From positions 127,844,001 through 127,908,000 of the forward strand of contig OX597820.1 of the NCBI GenBank assembly GCA_951406725.2: DNA of 64,000 nucleotides, given 5' to 3'. This document shows, one piece after another, positions 27,436 through 40,950 of the stretch. This DNA is from Octopus vulgaris (taxonomy: Eukaryota). Each line of letters starts with the position of its first letter. Positions within the stretch are counted from its first letter, which is position 1. The position numbers were made by a program, and so were the translations under genes. The notes below the pieces were generated by a model. The model did not search any database, had not been told where the DNA came from, and saw only the letters and a list, made by a program, of their open reading frames with translations.

Positions 27436-27444
<9 letters not shown>
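26969..27444. mobile_element. non-coding PLE-type foldback element, near-identical inverted arms of about 185 bp
   Basis: 26969-27155 versus 27258-27444; each arm contains a hammerhead. Confidence 0.85.
27313..27403 (+). ncRNA. type-I hammerhead ribozyme with intact core and long helix II (inverted copy at 27010-27100)
   Basis: gcgg-CTGAAGA-gagcttta...taaagctt-GAAA-cacatGTA-ccgc. Confidence 0.8.
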
Positions 27445-27485
<41 letters not shown>

Positions 27486-27934
27486 TATAGATGAGAGACA
27501 GATATTCTCCGTATAGAATACACTTCGTAGCGCTCAAAAGATTGAAACTTGAGCAGGTAGAGGAGTAAATGTAAGAACAAGCAAGTTAGGCAAATCGATA
27601 AACAAAAGATATATTAAACACATTTAATTAAAAAAATGTACATATGTTTACATATAAAAAAGTCGAACTTACACAGAGTAGAAGTAATATCAGGAATTAA
27701 AGGGTTTGAATAAAAGTTCTACAAGTCCTTGGTGGTTTAAAATAGTGATTATAAATTGATTCCATCATCGGATAATACCAACCCCCGTCCTTAGGGAGGA
27801 ATTTTACATTTGAGGTGTTGACAGAAAGGAGCTTAAAGATTTTTGCAGTAAATGTATTTAATACCTTTTGCATATTGACTTGCCTAACTTGTTTCTCCTT
27901 ATATTTACCCCTACACACACACACACATCCACAC

Positions 27935-27971
<37 letters not shown>

Positions 27972-27976
<5 letters not shown>

Positions 27977-28085
27977 AGAGGTTTGTTTATGGAATTTGCG
28001 TAGGTGTTTTACTAAAAAACATTAGTGATAAAGTTAAGAGGTAGAAGGTGGAGCAGAAGAAGAAGAAGAAGAAGAAGAAGAAGAA

Positions 28086-28138
<53 letters not shown>

Positions 28139-29345
28139 TTTTGTTGTTTTTGTAAAATCTCAGAAAATAATTAAAAATTCACATCTTTTATCAAATTATT
28201 TTGTTATATTTGTCTATCTATCCAACTGTAAACATTTTAAATATTTCACAAACTTTTGGTAAAAGGGTACATATTTTGCCAAAAATTGCCAAACAAAATA
28301 AACAAAAAATAGTTTGCGTAAAAGAATGGCCCTGCACAGATCCCATATAAAAATTCCCCAAAACAGAAAAATAGCTTTCAGCCAACACATAGATACTTGC
28401 GCCAACAACAAAACACCAGGCTTCAGGATTTTCCCCCTCTACCAATTTAGGGACGATACAACCTCGAGACAACGAATAAGTAAAGAAACTCTCTTTATTA
28501 CAAAATACAGGCCACTTCTTAACGGGTCTACGACAAACGATTAATATACCTCAACTTTAGAATAATAGAAATACACACACAAATATTACATTCCAAAGAA
28601 TCCATTACTAATCAGCCCCAATCACAGCTATAATCCATAACATACCAACTTCAAGTCATACAATACCTCACTACTTTCACCCATTCATATTCTCCCTTCT
28701 CTGTTTTCTTCTTCTTCCTCTTCTTCTTCATCATCATCATTATCATCATCATCGTCGTCATCATCACCACCATCATCATCATCATCTTCTTCTTCTCCTT
28801 CTCCTTCTTCTTCTTCATCATCATCATCATCATCATCAACATCGCCATCTTCTTCTTCTTCTTCTTCTTCTTCTTCTTCTTCTTCTTCTTCTTCTTCTTC
28901 TTCTTCTTCTTCTTCTTCTTCTTCTTCTGCTCCACCTTCTACCTCTTAACTCTATCACTAATGCTTTTTAGTAAAACACCTACGCAAATTCCATAAAGAA
29001 ACCTCTCAATAGAAATATTCTCCTGAATTGAAATGCAACTGCTAGCCGTCACTGACCATTCAAAATACAACAATCAAGGCACTCCCAAATGTTTCCACCC
29101 CCTCTCCTTCTTCTTCTTCTACCCTACCAAGAATTCACAACGACCTCGAACACACAAGTGCAAACAAGGGAGTCAGAGAAAGGCAGAATGCCACTTATAC
29201 TTGAACACTATACAAATATTCTTTTAAAAAAACTTTTCTTCTAATTTTTCTAAATTTAATTATTTAATCGTTACAGTTGAAAAGGTCTCAAAATGACCGA
29301 AACCAGTACTGAAATGTTCTTTATAAAATTATTTTAGCATTTTCT
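27972..29345 (+). mobile_element. Penelope-like 3' fragment with an inverted repeat and a degenerate hammerhead (29274-29311)
   Basis: GIY-YIG C-terminus FSQHIDTC..FRIFPLYQ..KETLFITKYRPLLN; inverted repeat 27972-28056 / 28927-29011; cag-ttgaaaa-ggtc..gacc-GAAA-ccagta-ctg. Confidence 0.85.
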
Positions 29346-29360
29346 ATTTTTGACTTGTTT

Positions 29361-29440
<80 letters not shown>

Positions 29441-29451
29441 ACATATATATT

Positions 29452-29595
29452 TATACGATTGGACTTCTTTCAGTTTCGATCTATCAAATCCACTCACAAG
29501 GTTTTGGTCACCCCAAGGCTATAACAGAAAGTACTTATCCAACGTATCACGCCATCGGACTGAACCCGGAATGATGTGACTGGAAGGCAAATTCC
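29452..29595 (-). mobile_element. SINE family A, 5' half
   Basis: homology to other copies. Confidence 0.8.
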
Positions 29596-30234
29596 GTGAT
29601 TATTCTCTTTCTTTGTTCTTTTCTATCTCTCTGTCTTTCTCACCTTCCTCCTCCTCTTATTCCTCACTATAAACAACACAAACACCTCCCTTTTCTTATT
29701 TTCTGATCTTTTCATGTCTCACTTCAGTTGTTTTCTCTTCCTCTCAGATCTTTGTATGTCCATCTTCCTTCGAAACCGAATTTCAAATCCATTATGGCCA
29801 TATGCTGCTGTGCCTTAAATCAATCCACTCTAATTGAAACTGGATTACGCTATATTTAACCCTGGTTTATCCGATTTCCTGCAAATCTTTTGCGAGATTT
29901 CTATATAAACAAAATATTTCAGCTTCGAATTGACAACATCTGCCAACTTTGCGATACGGTTTTATGTTACCTTTCAACCAGCTTCTCATCAGGATGTATT
30001 GAACTAAAGTTCTAATGCAAGAGGCAGAGCATTCTGCCATTGTTTTATGATTGAGATACATGCCACAGCCAAGCATTTTATCCTGCTACGCGATATCAAA
30101 TAGTTTCTCTAATATCCGGATGTACAATGCAAGCTACTTTTATTTCTTCCGGTTTATCGATGTCAGGAGAAATCGCTTAAACAAGAAGACACATTGCGTT
30201 TTAATGAATACCTCTTTTCGAAATCAATTCATGT

Positions 30235-30293
30235 ATCAGCATCATCACAACCGCCACCACCACCACCACAACCGCCACAAACACCACCACAAC

Positions 30294-30326
<33 letters not shown>

Positions 30327-30678
30327 ACACGGCATCGTCATCACCATCGGCGTCGTCGTCGTCATCATCATCATTATCATGATCATAAACATCGTTCTCG
30401 TCACCACCACCACTACCACTACCATCCTTATCAACATCGTCGTCATCATCATGATTATCACAATTTCTTCCTCTTCCTCCTTATCATTATCTTCATTATC
30501 AATATCGTCATCATCGTAATGATCATTATCATCATCTTCGTCTTGGTCTACATCAGCATTTCGGCTACGAAGTCGTCGTCGTCTTCTTCTTCTTCTTCTT
30601 CTTCTTCTTCTTCTTCTTCTTCTTCTTCTTCTTCTTCTTCTTCTTCTTCTTCTTCTTCTTCTTCTTCTTCTTCTTCTT

Positions 30679-30707
<29 letters not shown>
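30235..30707. repeat. (CAT/CAC)n low-complexity sequence and (TCT)n microsatellite
   Basis: direct inspection. Confidence 0.95.
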
Positions 30708-30709
<2 letters not shown>

Positions 30710-32075
30710 ATATTCAGCGTTCTTATTTTTAACACGTGCTTTCACTGCACTACCTACCGAGCGCAGCTCTGTGTGCCTTGGGTACGTGCTGTGGTTCGTT
30801 GTGATACTCTTATCTTTATTGTAGTGAAAGTGTTCAACATAGGATGCGTGCGGTGCCTAGTAGTGCTATTTCCTGTACGTTATATATTCTTGTTAGTCCT
30901 GGTGATTTTGTTATGTATTTGCCTGAATATTTTTTATCATACCTAATGCGCCAAACTATGATAGGAATTGTTTCTGTTTTTCGAATCTACATTCGAATTG
31001 CCTCTGTTTCCATTTTGAAAGTTTCTCCGTTTCTTTTAGAGAAACATTGCCATCTGATAGTAATGATACGTCGATTAGAAAGCATTTTTTGTCTTGATGA
31101 TCTCTGACAACTATATCTAGCCAATTGGTCTTAATCTGACTATCTGTATGTATTGGCATATTTCATAGTATAGCTGCTTTCCGTGACATTTTCTAGCGTG
31201 TACCTACACCATCTTTTTTCTGCTGTTATTCCATAGTGTTGGCATAGCTTCCACTGTATATAGGTCCCAACTCTGTCTTGTCTCTGAATATATTCTTTCT
31301 TAGCCAGGACTGGGCAGCAAAAGACAATATGATATATTGTTTCTTCTCCATCTCCACATATTCTGTAGTTACTTGTATTTCTTTTCATTACGTAGTTTTG
31401 GTAATTTCCGGTGAAAGGCTTTGATCATGTGCTGCAATGAAAAATCCTTTAGGCTCTGCTTTGAGTCCTGAGCTTCTCGGTTATTTTGGGGATTTTGCTT
31501 TGTCTGTTTATTTTCTGTTTAGTTTAACCCTGTATTTGCCATGAATGGGCTTTTCTTGCCATCGTTTTATGATCCATTGCTGTTCTAGTTTTAGTTTGGA
31601 TTTTAGTTGTTTTACAGCTTTTGCTGATTCTTCTTTTTCTTCATAGTCCTTAGGTACTATGACTTCCTTTTTTGTGTTTATCAGCTTTCTTAAAGACTGA
31701 AAACAGTTTTTTTTTATTTTTCGTGTTTTGTGGCTATTTGTATTAGTTTTCTTTGCTTCTGAAGTAGGTATTTCTGTAGTCCTATGGTGATTATTTTGTA
31801 ATAGTTTTCTAGCTGTATAAGGCCTCTACCGCCTTCGATACGTGCGTATCTAACCTTTCTGTGTCATAGTCTGGGTGGTGCATCCTAAATCCTGTCGTTA
31901 TTTTTCTTGTTTTCCTGTCTATTTTGATTAGTTCATTTAGAATATTGTAGCTGTAACTGATAACTGGGACGACTAGAGTGGCGATACATATTGTCTGTTT
32001 TCAGTATACAGTATTCTTTTTTTATCTTCTCTTTCATATGTGTGTATTGTATCGTATCTAGTTCATTGACCCTTC
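30708..32075 (-). mobile_element. R4/Dong-clade non-LTR element, 3' part (RT end, CCHC, REL endonuclease, 3' UTR)
   Basis: RICGDGEETIYHIVFCCP, RxDRV, DIVVRD..KKCFLIDVS..KxTEK and QEIALLGTARIL. Confidence 0.9.
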
Positions 32076-33247
32076 TCAGACAAAAAAAGATGTCAACAAT
32101 GAACCATAACCATGTAGGGTCATACTTTCACGTTTCGCTTAGCTTTTCCACCATGACTCTCAGCATGCAGATGTTCCTGTTCTCAACACGCTCGTCAACC
32201 TGGTATCTATTTTTCGTCATATACCTCAATAGCAAATCTTTGTTTTTCACCAAATGCTGATTTAATTACCTAAGTTGATTGGTGATACATTCTTCACTGC
32301 CGGTTAATCACGACTTCTGTTTTTTTCCGTTTCACTGTCAAATGGACTATAAATGCTTGTGGATGCAAGGCAGTGTGCTGATAAAATCACGTGGATTTAT
32401 ATCAAAGCCTTTAATCTTTTCCTTAGTCGATTTAATTGTCTATTTCTTCTACTAAATGTAAGACATTTTAACTAATTAAAAAAGTCAATTGTGGTCCAGT
32501 CCCAATAATCCCTTGAGTTTCTAACTTCTATGTTTGGAATATATCACATAGTTGATTGTAAATGTTACGTTCGAAATGAATCTTCCTGTGATGTTTAAGG
32601 TGTGTATGGCGAGTGTGATACGTCTGTGAGATACTGATTTGACCCAGTTTTTGCTAGGCGTTAGTATTATTGATATTCTGCCCAAATTCTAGCTTGCATG
32701 GCTTTGACTTTAGTATAAGTATTTGAAAATGATGGCGAACGTAATAATTGTTTCAGGCTAGAGGATATTCATATTTGTATGTTTGCGATTCTTTTAAACT
32801 CCAGGACTTTTGAAGGTCTTAATTGTTTTATTGATTTTCTCGTCTTTGAAGAAAGGGCTGCTTAACACCATGCTCCAGATAGTAATTGCTTAATTTTATC
32901 ATCTCTGGAAAATGATTTTAAAAACATAGCGTTGTCAAATTTATGAAGTTGTTATTTTAACATTCGATATGATGTAATCCTTGTTATAGCAGTTGACGCT
33001 GTGGATAATATTGTATAGTGTTATATTTCTTGTTTTTGAGGTTTATGATCGATCAGTGTAGCATTGAATGTCATTATAATTAACTATTGCAGAATTAAAT
33101 ATAAAATGCAGCTTATTGCAATATTTCTCCATTTTCATGTAAATTGTTTGGATTGTTACTTCTAGTCATTCAATTTAGCACCGCTTGAGAACAAGAACAA
33201 TACAAAATCGTGGCAACTGGAATCTGAGAAGAATGGACAAAATAGCG

Positions 33248-33454
33248 ATGGCTGTATATGATTCGGTTCCTCTCATGTTTGAAACTGCTTTTAATATAAT
33301 ATTCCATGTGATCTTTAGATAATCAAGAATATTAACTACAATTAGTCCACCGAGGGGTTAAGGGCAGATGAGCTCGAAAACTAATCAAATTATAAATTGT
33401 AAGAAATTAAAGTCTATAGAAATTGAAGTCTATGGGAATGAATTCTGTCGAAGT
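33248..33454 (+). repeat. segment duplicated almost exactly at 35520-35710
   Basis: identical on inspection except for one 16-bp unit (agaaattgaagtctat). Confidence 0.95.
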
Positions 33455-34751
33455 CTAAAGAAACCAATAGAAATTATGGTCTTTAGAAAAGATTATATGA
33501 ATAGAAACACTACAAGAATTAGCAGCGATGAAAAGTGACTCCTCAAAATGTAACTTCGGTAATAGCAGAGTATAATAATGCCTTAGTGGTTTTTATAACT
33601 GAAGATAAGTTTTATTTCTTATTATCATAACATACATTGCTGACATTAGAAATCTTTTCATAAGGCATAACGTCAGGATATGGCTATACAAAATGGTAAT
33701 GTTTGAGCCTGTGGCAAGAATACTTATGAATTACATACAAGTATACTTAGATCTATACAAGAATGGAGGTATATTTTTGGGTTGCTTTAACATCAATATT
33801 TAAACATTTCTTTTTCAACGATAAATTATACTCACTTTACTCCACATACGTCCTAACGTATCGAGCGAACTTATTTTATTTAGCTATTGATTAGTGCATT
33901 TTCTTTCTCTTCTACGCACTAAATGACTTTTCATTGAAAATGTCAGCCTAGAATGCTGGAGAAAACATTTATTTTTTATTATCATACATCCACTATAATA
34001 GACCTGTTATGCGCTTACCCGTATATACAAAGATTATATACTTTTAATATACTTTTCTTTTCCTTCTTCTCTACTTCTTATTTCATTTCCATTCATTTTC
34101 TTCTATTCTCCTTTTTGAAACCTTTCTTCTTTTATACGTCCTCATACTCTTTTCAAACCAACATCTTCCAGTCATTTTCTCTTCAGCTCCAAAATCTTTA
34201 CTGTTCCTCTAACATCTCTCTCACAATTTTTTTAATGTTAAAGTATTTTTTACCAGTCTATTCATAGTTTACTTACCATTACATTTCTTGTAATTCGAAA
34301 CAGTTTTTCAAACAGCCACATGGAAATTAGTACAGCATGACTACTTGAACAAGCCATACTGAAATTGTGATAAGTTAAAATTGCTCATTCTTTTATAGAC
34401 AGAATACGTATACACAATTACTAATTACGTATATACTTATATGTTTATGCTATCTGCAGCGCGTATGCTTATATATGTATATATATATCGTTGCCATTAT
34501 GTTAAACTGTCGGCCAAATGCGTTTTTTTTTTCAATATTTATTTTTGCTTGCAAGAGCCTGTTCTTTTGATCAAACTATCGTATCCCCAACTGCTTCAGA
34601 TGCCAAGATATCAGAAATTGTCAAAGTCTATTACAACGGTTTTGCTATGGAGTGGTGAAACTACTTTTTCTTTTTCTGAAAAAGCAGCGTTTTGGACTCA
34701 CGACACTTTTGTATAATAGCATCAATATATATAAATACATACATACATACA

Positions 34752-34787
<36 letters not shown>

Positions 34788-34805
34788 TATATGCATGCAT
34801 ACGTT

Positions 34806-35900
34806 AAATAAAATGAGACAACAAAGCCAAGGCTGTGTGGAATTTTCAGAATATTTATAAAGAGAAAGTTAGTCTTACAGCTGTTTCTGGGATATTAGAT
34901 TATATCCCTTGATCAGGGACGATGGGAGGTAATTAAATAGAGGGAAATATTAGAGTTATTTTGGAAAAGGAAGCAAATAAGGAGTCTATAGGAAAACAGG
35001 AGAATGAATGTAGAAATAAAAATCAAAATGCATAAATATGTTATAGTTGCAGTTCCATTATCAAAGGAAAGTGGTGTGTAGAAGTGGTAGAAATGCTTCA
35101 TGTCCGTGGTATGTAAATTCCAATAGGAGTTCATATTTTGTTATGACAAATGGAAAGTGTGGAGACATAGATTCCATGTGCTGTTCATTCAAAGGAGTCT
35201 TGTGGTGTAAAAGAAAATTTGAGAATGTGGTTGTATTAATAATTGGATACAGAAGGAAGAAGAGATGTGTATGTTAAAATGAAGAGAGAGGTCAAGAGAA
35301 ACGGTGAGAAAAGGAGAAGGAAAGAAAGAGGAAGACAAAATGAAAACAAGAAGAGAAAATGAAAGAAAGTAAGGAAGTGAAAAAAGAGAAAAAGTGAAAA
35401 AAGGAGTGTTGGTTGGTGGTCAAGATATTATGAGAGGAATGGAAGAGAAGTAGGAGAGGAGTAGGAGGAGATAAGAATGTAAGTAACGAATATGTGTTAG
35501 GTGGGGGTGATAAGTTAGAATGGCTGTATATGATTCGGTTCCTCTCATGTTTGAAACTGCTTTTAATATAATATTCCATGTGATCTTTAGATAATCAAGA
35601 ATATTAACTACAATTAGTCCACCGAGGGGTTAAGGGCAGATGAGCTCGAAAACTAATCAAATTATAAATTGTAAGAAATTAAAGTCTATGGGAATGAATT
35701 CTGTCGAAGTTTCCCTATAGACTCCTTATTTGCTTCCTTTTTCCAAAATAACTCTAATATTTCCCTCTATTTAATTACCTCTCATAGTCCCTGATGAAGA
35801 GATATAACCTGATATCCCAGAAACAGCTGTAAGACTACTTTGCTCTTTGTAAATGTTCTGAAAATTCCACACAGCCTTGGCTTTGTTGTCTCATTTTATT
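34806..35900. mobile_element. PLE-type foldback element with inverted arms of about 190 bp, each with a hammerhead
   Basis: 34806-34995 versus 35711-35900. Confidence 0.88.
35786..35836 (+). ncRNA. type-I hammerhead ribozyme, canonical core (inverted copy at 34871-34920 with a CTGATCA core)
   Basis: agtcc-CTGATGA-agagatat..atatccca-GAAA-cagctGTA-agact; palindromic helix III ACAGCTGT. Confidence 0.8.
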
Positions 35901-36204
35901 CGACATATACATGTTCATACAATACTCGCATTAGACTTCTCACTCGTATCATTATCGAAGCGAGAGTTTAACTACGGTCCTTCCATAGCACCTTCATAGC
36001 ATTACCTTCCACCTTGGGTCTTCTGGATTCCAATACTCTTATTTCTTGCAATATACATGCTTTGGAACTCTCAGTTACAATTATTGGCGATAAAATTTTT
36101 ATTTTATGACATTATATCGCACCAAGCAGTTTATATTAATTTTTATTATACGCATTAGCATTTCGCTAAATCAGCCATAATTTTTTATGTTAAAAATGCA
36201 TATG

Positions 36205-36420
36205 CTGACAACCAGATTTAGCCAAGCCATCGAGCGTCTGAGTAGTCAGTACTGACGATCCTGCGACTGATAGGCGAAACTAATCTAATCCAGTGATCCT
36301 AGAGACACTCATGGGGCGGTTACCTCCCCTGTCAGTGTATATATATTTCGCACTTCTTGCACCATTAAAAGCTTTTAACACTTATTTCTTGCAATATAGG
36401 TACCTAGGCACTCTCAGTCA
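36205..36420 (+). repeat. second copy of the hammerhead-bearing repeat at 26531
   Basis: CTGACGA at 36252-36258, GAAA at 36276-36279. Confidence 0.7.
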
Positions 36421-36474
36421 CATATAACACACACACACACATATACACATACACACACATATATAGTATAGTAG

Positions 36475-37220
36475 GGTCAGTTGGGCTCTGCTCGTGAGAA
36501 AAACAGCTCCTTGACGCAATTCGCTCTCAGAAATTGGAAACGACATTCTGTACAGCTTGGCATTCGCACCGGAAGCTCCACTACGAACATTTCAGAGTGT
36601 TTGGTTGTCAATCTGAAGACAGTGCAATGTGAGGACATGTACTGAGAGTGATAATAATCAAACATCCAGTCAACATCATGGTTTTGGGAGCGATCGTTAG
36701 TGATGGCGACGTTATGCCTCCATTCATCTTCCGATAAGGCCTCACACCTAACACGGAGGCTTACATTAAGTGCCTAGAGGAGGTAGTGGATCAAGATGGT
36801 GGCTACTGGAAGACCCTACGTCTGGCAACAGGACTCTGAGCCATGCCACACAATCAAAGAGAACCCAGTCATAGCTGTCAAGACAATTTTGCGATCAATC
36901 AACCCTAACATCTGGCGACCTAACCCCACAGACAGCAACCGTCTTGATTATAATGTGTGGGGCGCAGTTGAGCGAGAGACCAACAAAATTCCTTGTAACA
37001 CCAAAGATGAACCGAAGGCAAGGATTATGGTAGCATTCACCAACTTAAACAAGAAGACTGTCCAGAAAAGTTGCAGGAGATTCCAAAGTCTTCTGGAGGC
37101 TGTGACTGAAGCCAATGGTGATTTTATTGAATAAATTTACTCTTTAGTATTTCAAGATAGTTTTATGCAACTTTGATAAATATATCTGTTAAAATGAGAT
37201 GTCGGTGTTATTTTCAGTGT
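36475..37220 (+). mobile_element. internally deleted maT (DD37D) transposon
   Basis: HPVNIMVLG..MPPFIF; QQDS followed by 37 aa and then D (LDYNVWG); ends approximate. Confidence 0.85.
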
Positions 37221-37229
37221 TATATATAT

Positions 37230-37580
37230 TTACTCTTTTACTCTTTTACTTGTTTCAGTCATTTGACTGCGGCCATGCTGGAGCACCGCCTTTAGTCGAG
37301 CAAATCGACCCCGGGACTTATTCTTTGTAAGCCCAGTATTTATTCTATCGGCCTCTTTTGCCGAACCGCTAAGTGACGGGGACGTAAACACACCAGCATC
37401 GATTGTCAAGCAATGCTAGGGGAACAAACACAGACACACAAACATATACACACACACTTATAATATATATATACATATATACGACAGGCTTCTTTCAGTT
37501 TCCGTCTCCCAAATGCACTCACAAGGCATTAGTCGGCCCGGGGCTATAGCAAAAGACACTTGCCCAAGATGCCACGCAGG
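37230..37580 (-). mobile_element. SINE family A
   Basis: young copy; its head is replaced by a tandem array. Confidence 0.92.
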
Positions 37581-37581
37581 G

Positions 37582-37637
<56 letters not shown>

Positions 37638-37855
37638 TATATATATACTTGCCCAAGATGCCACGCAGGGTATATATATATAAATATATATATATACATA
37701 TATATATACTTGCCCAAGATGCCACGCAGGGTATATATATATATATATATATAAATATATATATACATATATATATACTTGCCCAAGATGCCACGCAGGG
37801 TATATATATATATATATATATAAATGTATATATACATATATATATATACTTGCCC

Positions 37856-37857
<2 letters not shown>
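37557..37857. repeat. minisatellite of SINE core (acttgcccaagatgccacgcaggg) plus (TA)n, 4 copies and a partial copy
   Basis: units at about 37558, 37647, 37708, 37777 and partial 37848. Confidence 0.92.
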
Positions 37858-37920
<63 letters not shown>

Positions 37921-38324
37921 TGTATATATATAATGATATCTTTTATTCGTTTACATATATTGGATCGACACCATTCATCGAACCGCTAATGTTACACGAG
38001 ATAAGAGGACGGAGACGTAAACAACAATGGTTTCTAAACTTTAGACGTAAATGCAGACCCAGAACCACGTGATTTTGAAACTAACCTATTAAGCACAAAG
38101 CCAGCTCCGGTTACACACACACAAATATCCTCAGATGGTTTCATGAATTAATAAATACTAAATAAATTGATTTGATTTCTATAGCCAAATACAATAGAAC
38201 TAACACGATAAGAGAAACATAGAGAGGTTCTAACTATCTGTGTCTTCAACAATTTTGCTGTATGATGTATGTGCACCCGTCCATATCTGTATCTATCTAT
38301 ATCTTTTTCTTCCAGTATATATTT

Positions 38325-38660
38325 TTTACTCTTTCAGTCATCGGATCGCTGCCATGCTGGGGCACCGCTTTGAAGAATTTTTAGTGAAATAAAACGACTT
38401 TAATTTTTAAGCCTGATACTTGAACACACCAAGGGACAAACACAAAACACAGCCACACACACACACGAGCGCGCGCGCACACACACACACATATATATAT
38501 ATACATATGACAGGGTTCTATCAGTTTCTGTCCACCAAATCCACTCCGAAGGCTTTAGTCAGCCCGAGGCTCTAGTAGAAGATACTCGCTCAAGATGCCA
38601 CGAAGTAGGATTGTACCTGGAACCATGTGGTTAGGGAACAAGCTTCTTATCACACGCTTT
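38325..38660 (-). mobile_element. SINE family A, diverged
   Basis: homology to other copies. Confidence 0.8.
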
Positions 38661-38744
38661 CACCAGATATATATGTACGTATATATATAGTTGCATATAT
38701 ATATATGTATATATACACATGCATACATATATATATATGTATAA

Positions 38745-38846
<102 letters not shown>

Positions 38847-39147
38847 CTATATATGTGTTTGTGTGTATGTGTGTATTATATTTGCTAATTTAGAGCTTGA
38901 AACTATGGTCCAGGAGTTAGATGGTAAATGTTTTTATGTTTCATTCCCTTCGAAATTTTGTCTCTAATAGTGGTTTGAATTTTGGCTACTCGTTCTAGCA
39001 TGCTAAGTATCGTATCATGGTCACATCTCATGTGTTTAAATGTACACTGTATTTACATGAATAATATATAGTCCATTGACTAGTTTTATACATGCTAGGC
39101 AACTGGTAGTAAAAATTACTAAAACTTTTTCTTACACAGATATGTAT

Positions 39148-39190
<43 letters not shown>

Positions 39191-39813
39191 GTATGTATCT
39201 CTCTTCACACACACACACACTTATATGTATATATGTATATGTAAATATATATATGTATGTGTGCGTGTGTGTGTATGTGAGTATGCATATATATATATAT
39301 TGAAGTATACACTAGCGTCTCGACACACAAAGCCTACAATACTCTACACTTCCATGCAATCATTTGCAATGGTGGCACCTATCAATATTTTCATTTTTCA
39401 TCTTACAAACTAATTTTTCCCTTTTCTGCACTGTTCTCATTTCCTTTACCAATTTCTATTTCCTGACATTATTATTCTGTCTTCTCTCCTGCTATCTTAT
39501 TCAACTTATTTCCCCCCCTCTTCCTTCTATATTATCTTACAATCTTAGTTACTGCCATACTTCCATACAGCCATACTTCCATATATCTTATTTCTGCAAG
39601 TATATTTCTTCAGATTGTTCCCTCATATTTATCATTTGTAAGTCAAGATTCATTCATACTCACCATGGTTCGCCAATGTTTTGTAATTCATAGATATGAT
39701 TATGTGTGTGTTGGTGTGTGTATGTGAGTGTGGGTGTGTACGAGCATGTGTACACGCGGGTATACGTGTGTATGTATGTGTGATTACATATGTTCATGTA
39801 TATGTACATACAG

Positions 39814-39866
<53 letters not shown>

Positions 39867-39883
39867 CACACATATATATATAC

Positions 39884-39940
<57 letters not shown>

Positions 39941-39962
39941 CATACATACATACATACATGTA

Positions 39963-39998
<36 letters not shown>

Positions 39999-40054
39999 TG
40001 TATGTATGTATATATATATATATATATATATAAGAAAGTTGGTTTGCAGTGACT

Positions 40055-40110
40055 CAAATATATATTTTTTAACCTTTAAGCCTTCTGTAGTTTTTTCACT
40101 TTTTACTATT

Positions 40111-40115
<5 letters not shown>
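40055..40115 (+). repeat. solo end of the PLE pseudo-LTR seen at 12820-12885
   Basis: tttaagccttctgt.gttttttcact.tttactattttct. Confidence 0.8.
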
Positions 40116-40163
<48 letters not shown>

Positions 40164-40212
40164 GAGAGAGAGAGAGAGAGAGAGAAAGAAAGAGAGAGAG
40201 AGAGAGAAAGAA

Positions 40213-40243
<31 letters not shown>

Positions 40244-40637
40244 TGCAGATATGTATACTATACACACACATATGTATATTTATATCTCAACTCACACACA
40301 CATATATATGTATGTGGATATAAGTATACATACATATATATATATATTCATATATATATATATGTATATATGTACGACCGTGTGTAAATATGTGTAAGTG
40401 TGTGTTGTGTGTGTGTGTGTGTGTTACCTGTGTATCAGTGTAAGTGTTCATATAAGTATTACTAGACCCGTGTTGCTTTCCACTCCTTCTTTATGTTGCG
40501 ATTTCTGAGGTGAATTCACTGCCTCCACAATTTCGAAAATGCAGTGATGCATATCATAATAGGTGGCTAACTTCCAGCTGAATAAAGAGTTGGTCTGCGA
40601 AGACTCTAGAAAATAGCGAATATGAAGCAAAGAAAAT

Positions 40638-40743
<106 letters not shown>

Positions 40744-40950
40744 CATATGTATATATGTATATTGTTGTTTTATTTGTTTAATATCGGAGGATACTGCTTT
40801 ATTCAAGCTGGATAGTAATATTATTTTTAATAATATTTATATCTCTTGCATATCTTTTCACTGATGTTGGTTCGAAATTGACTGCGGCTTACAGCCGAAT
40901 AAACAGGCAGAAATGTAGAGAATATTTAAAAATTTTGTCGTTAACGGTGG

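Noticed and set aside
30051-30710. His/Ser-rich 219-aa ORF
   Set aside because: consists of trinucleotide repeats with no unique coding signal
33362-33390. cagatgagctcgaaaac as a hammerhead
   Set aside because: core mismatch and no helix I or III pairing
37557-37857. CRISPR-like repeat-spacer appearance
   Set aside because: the repeat is a SINE fragment, the spacers are (TA)n, there are no cas genes and the context is eukaryotic
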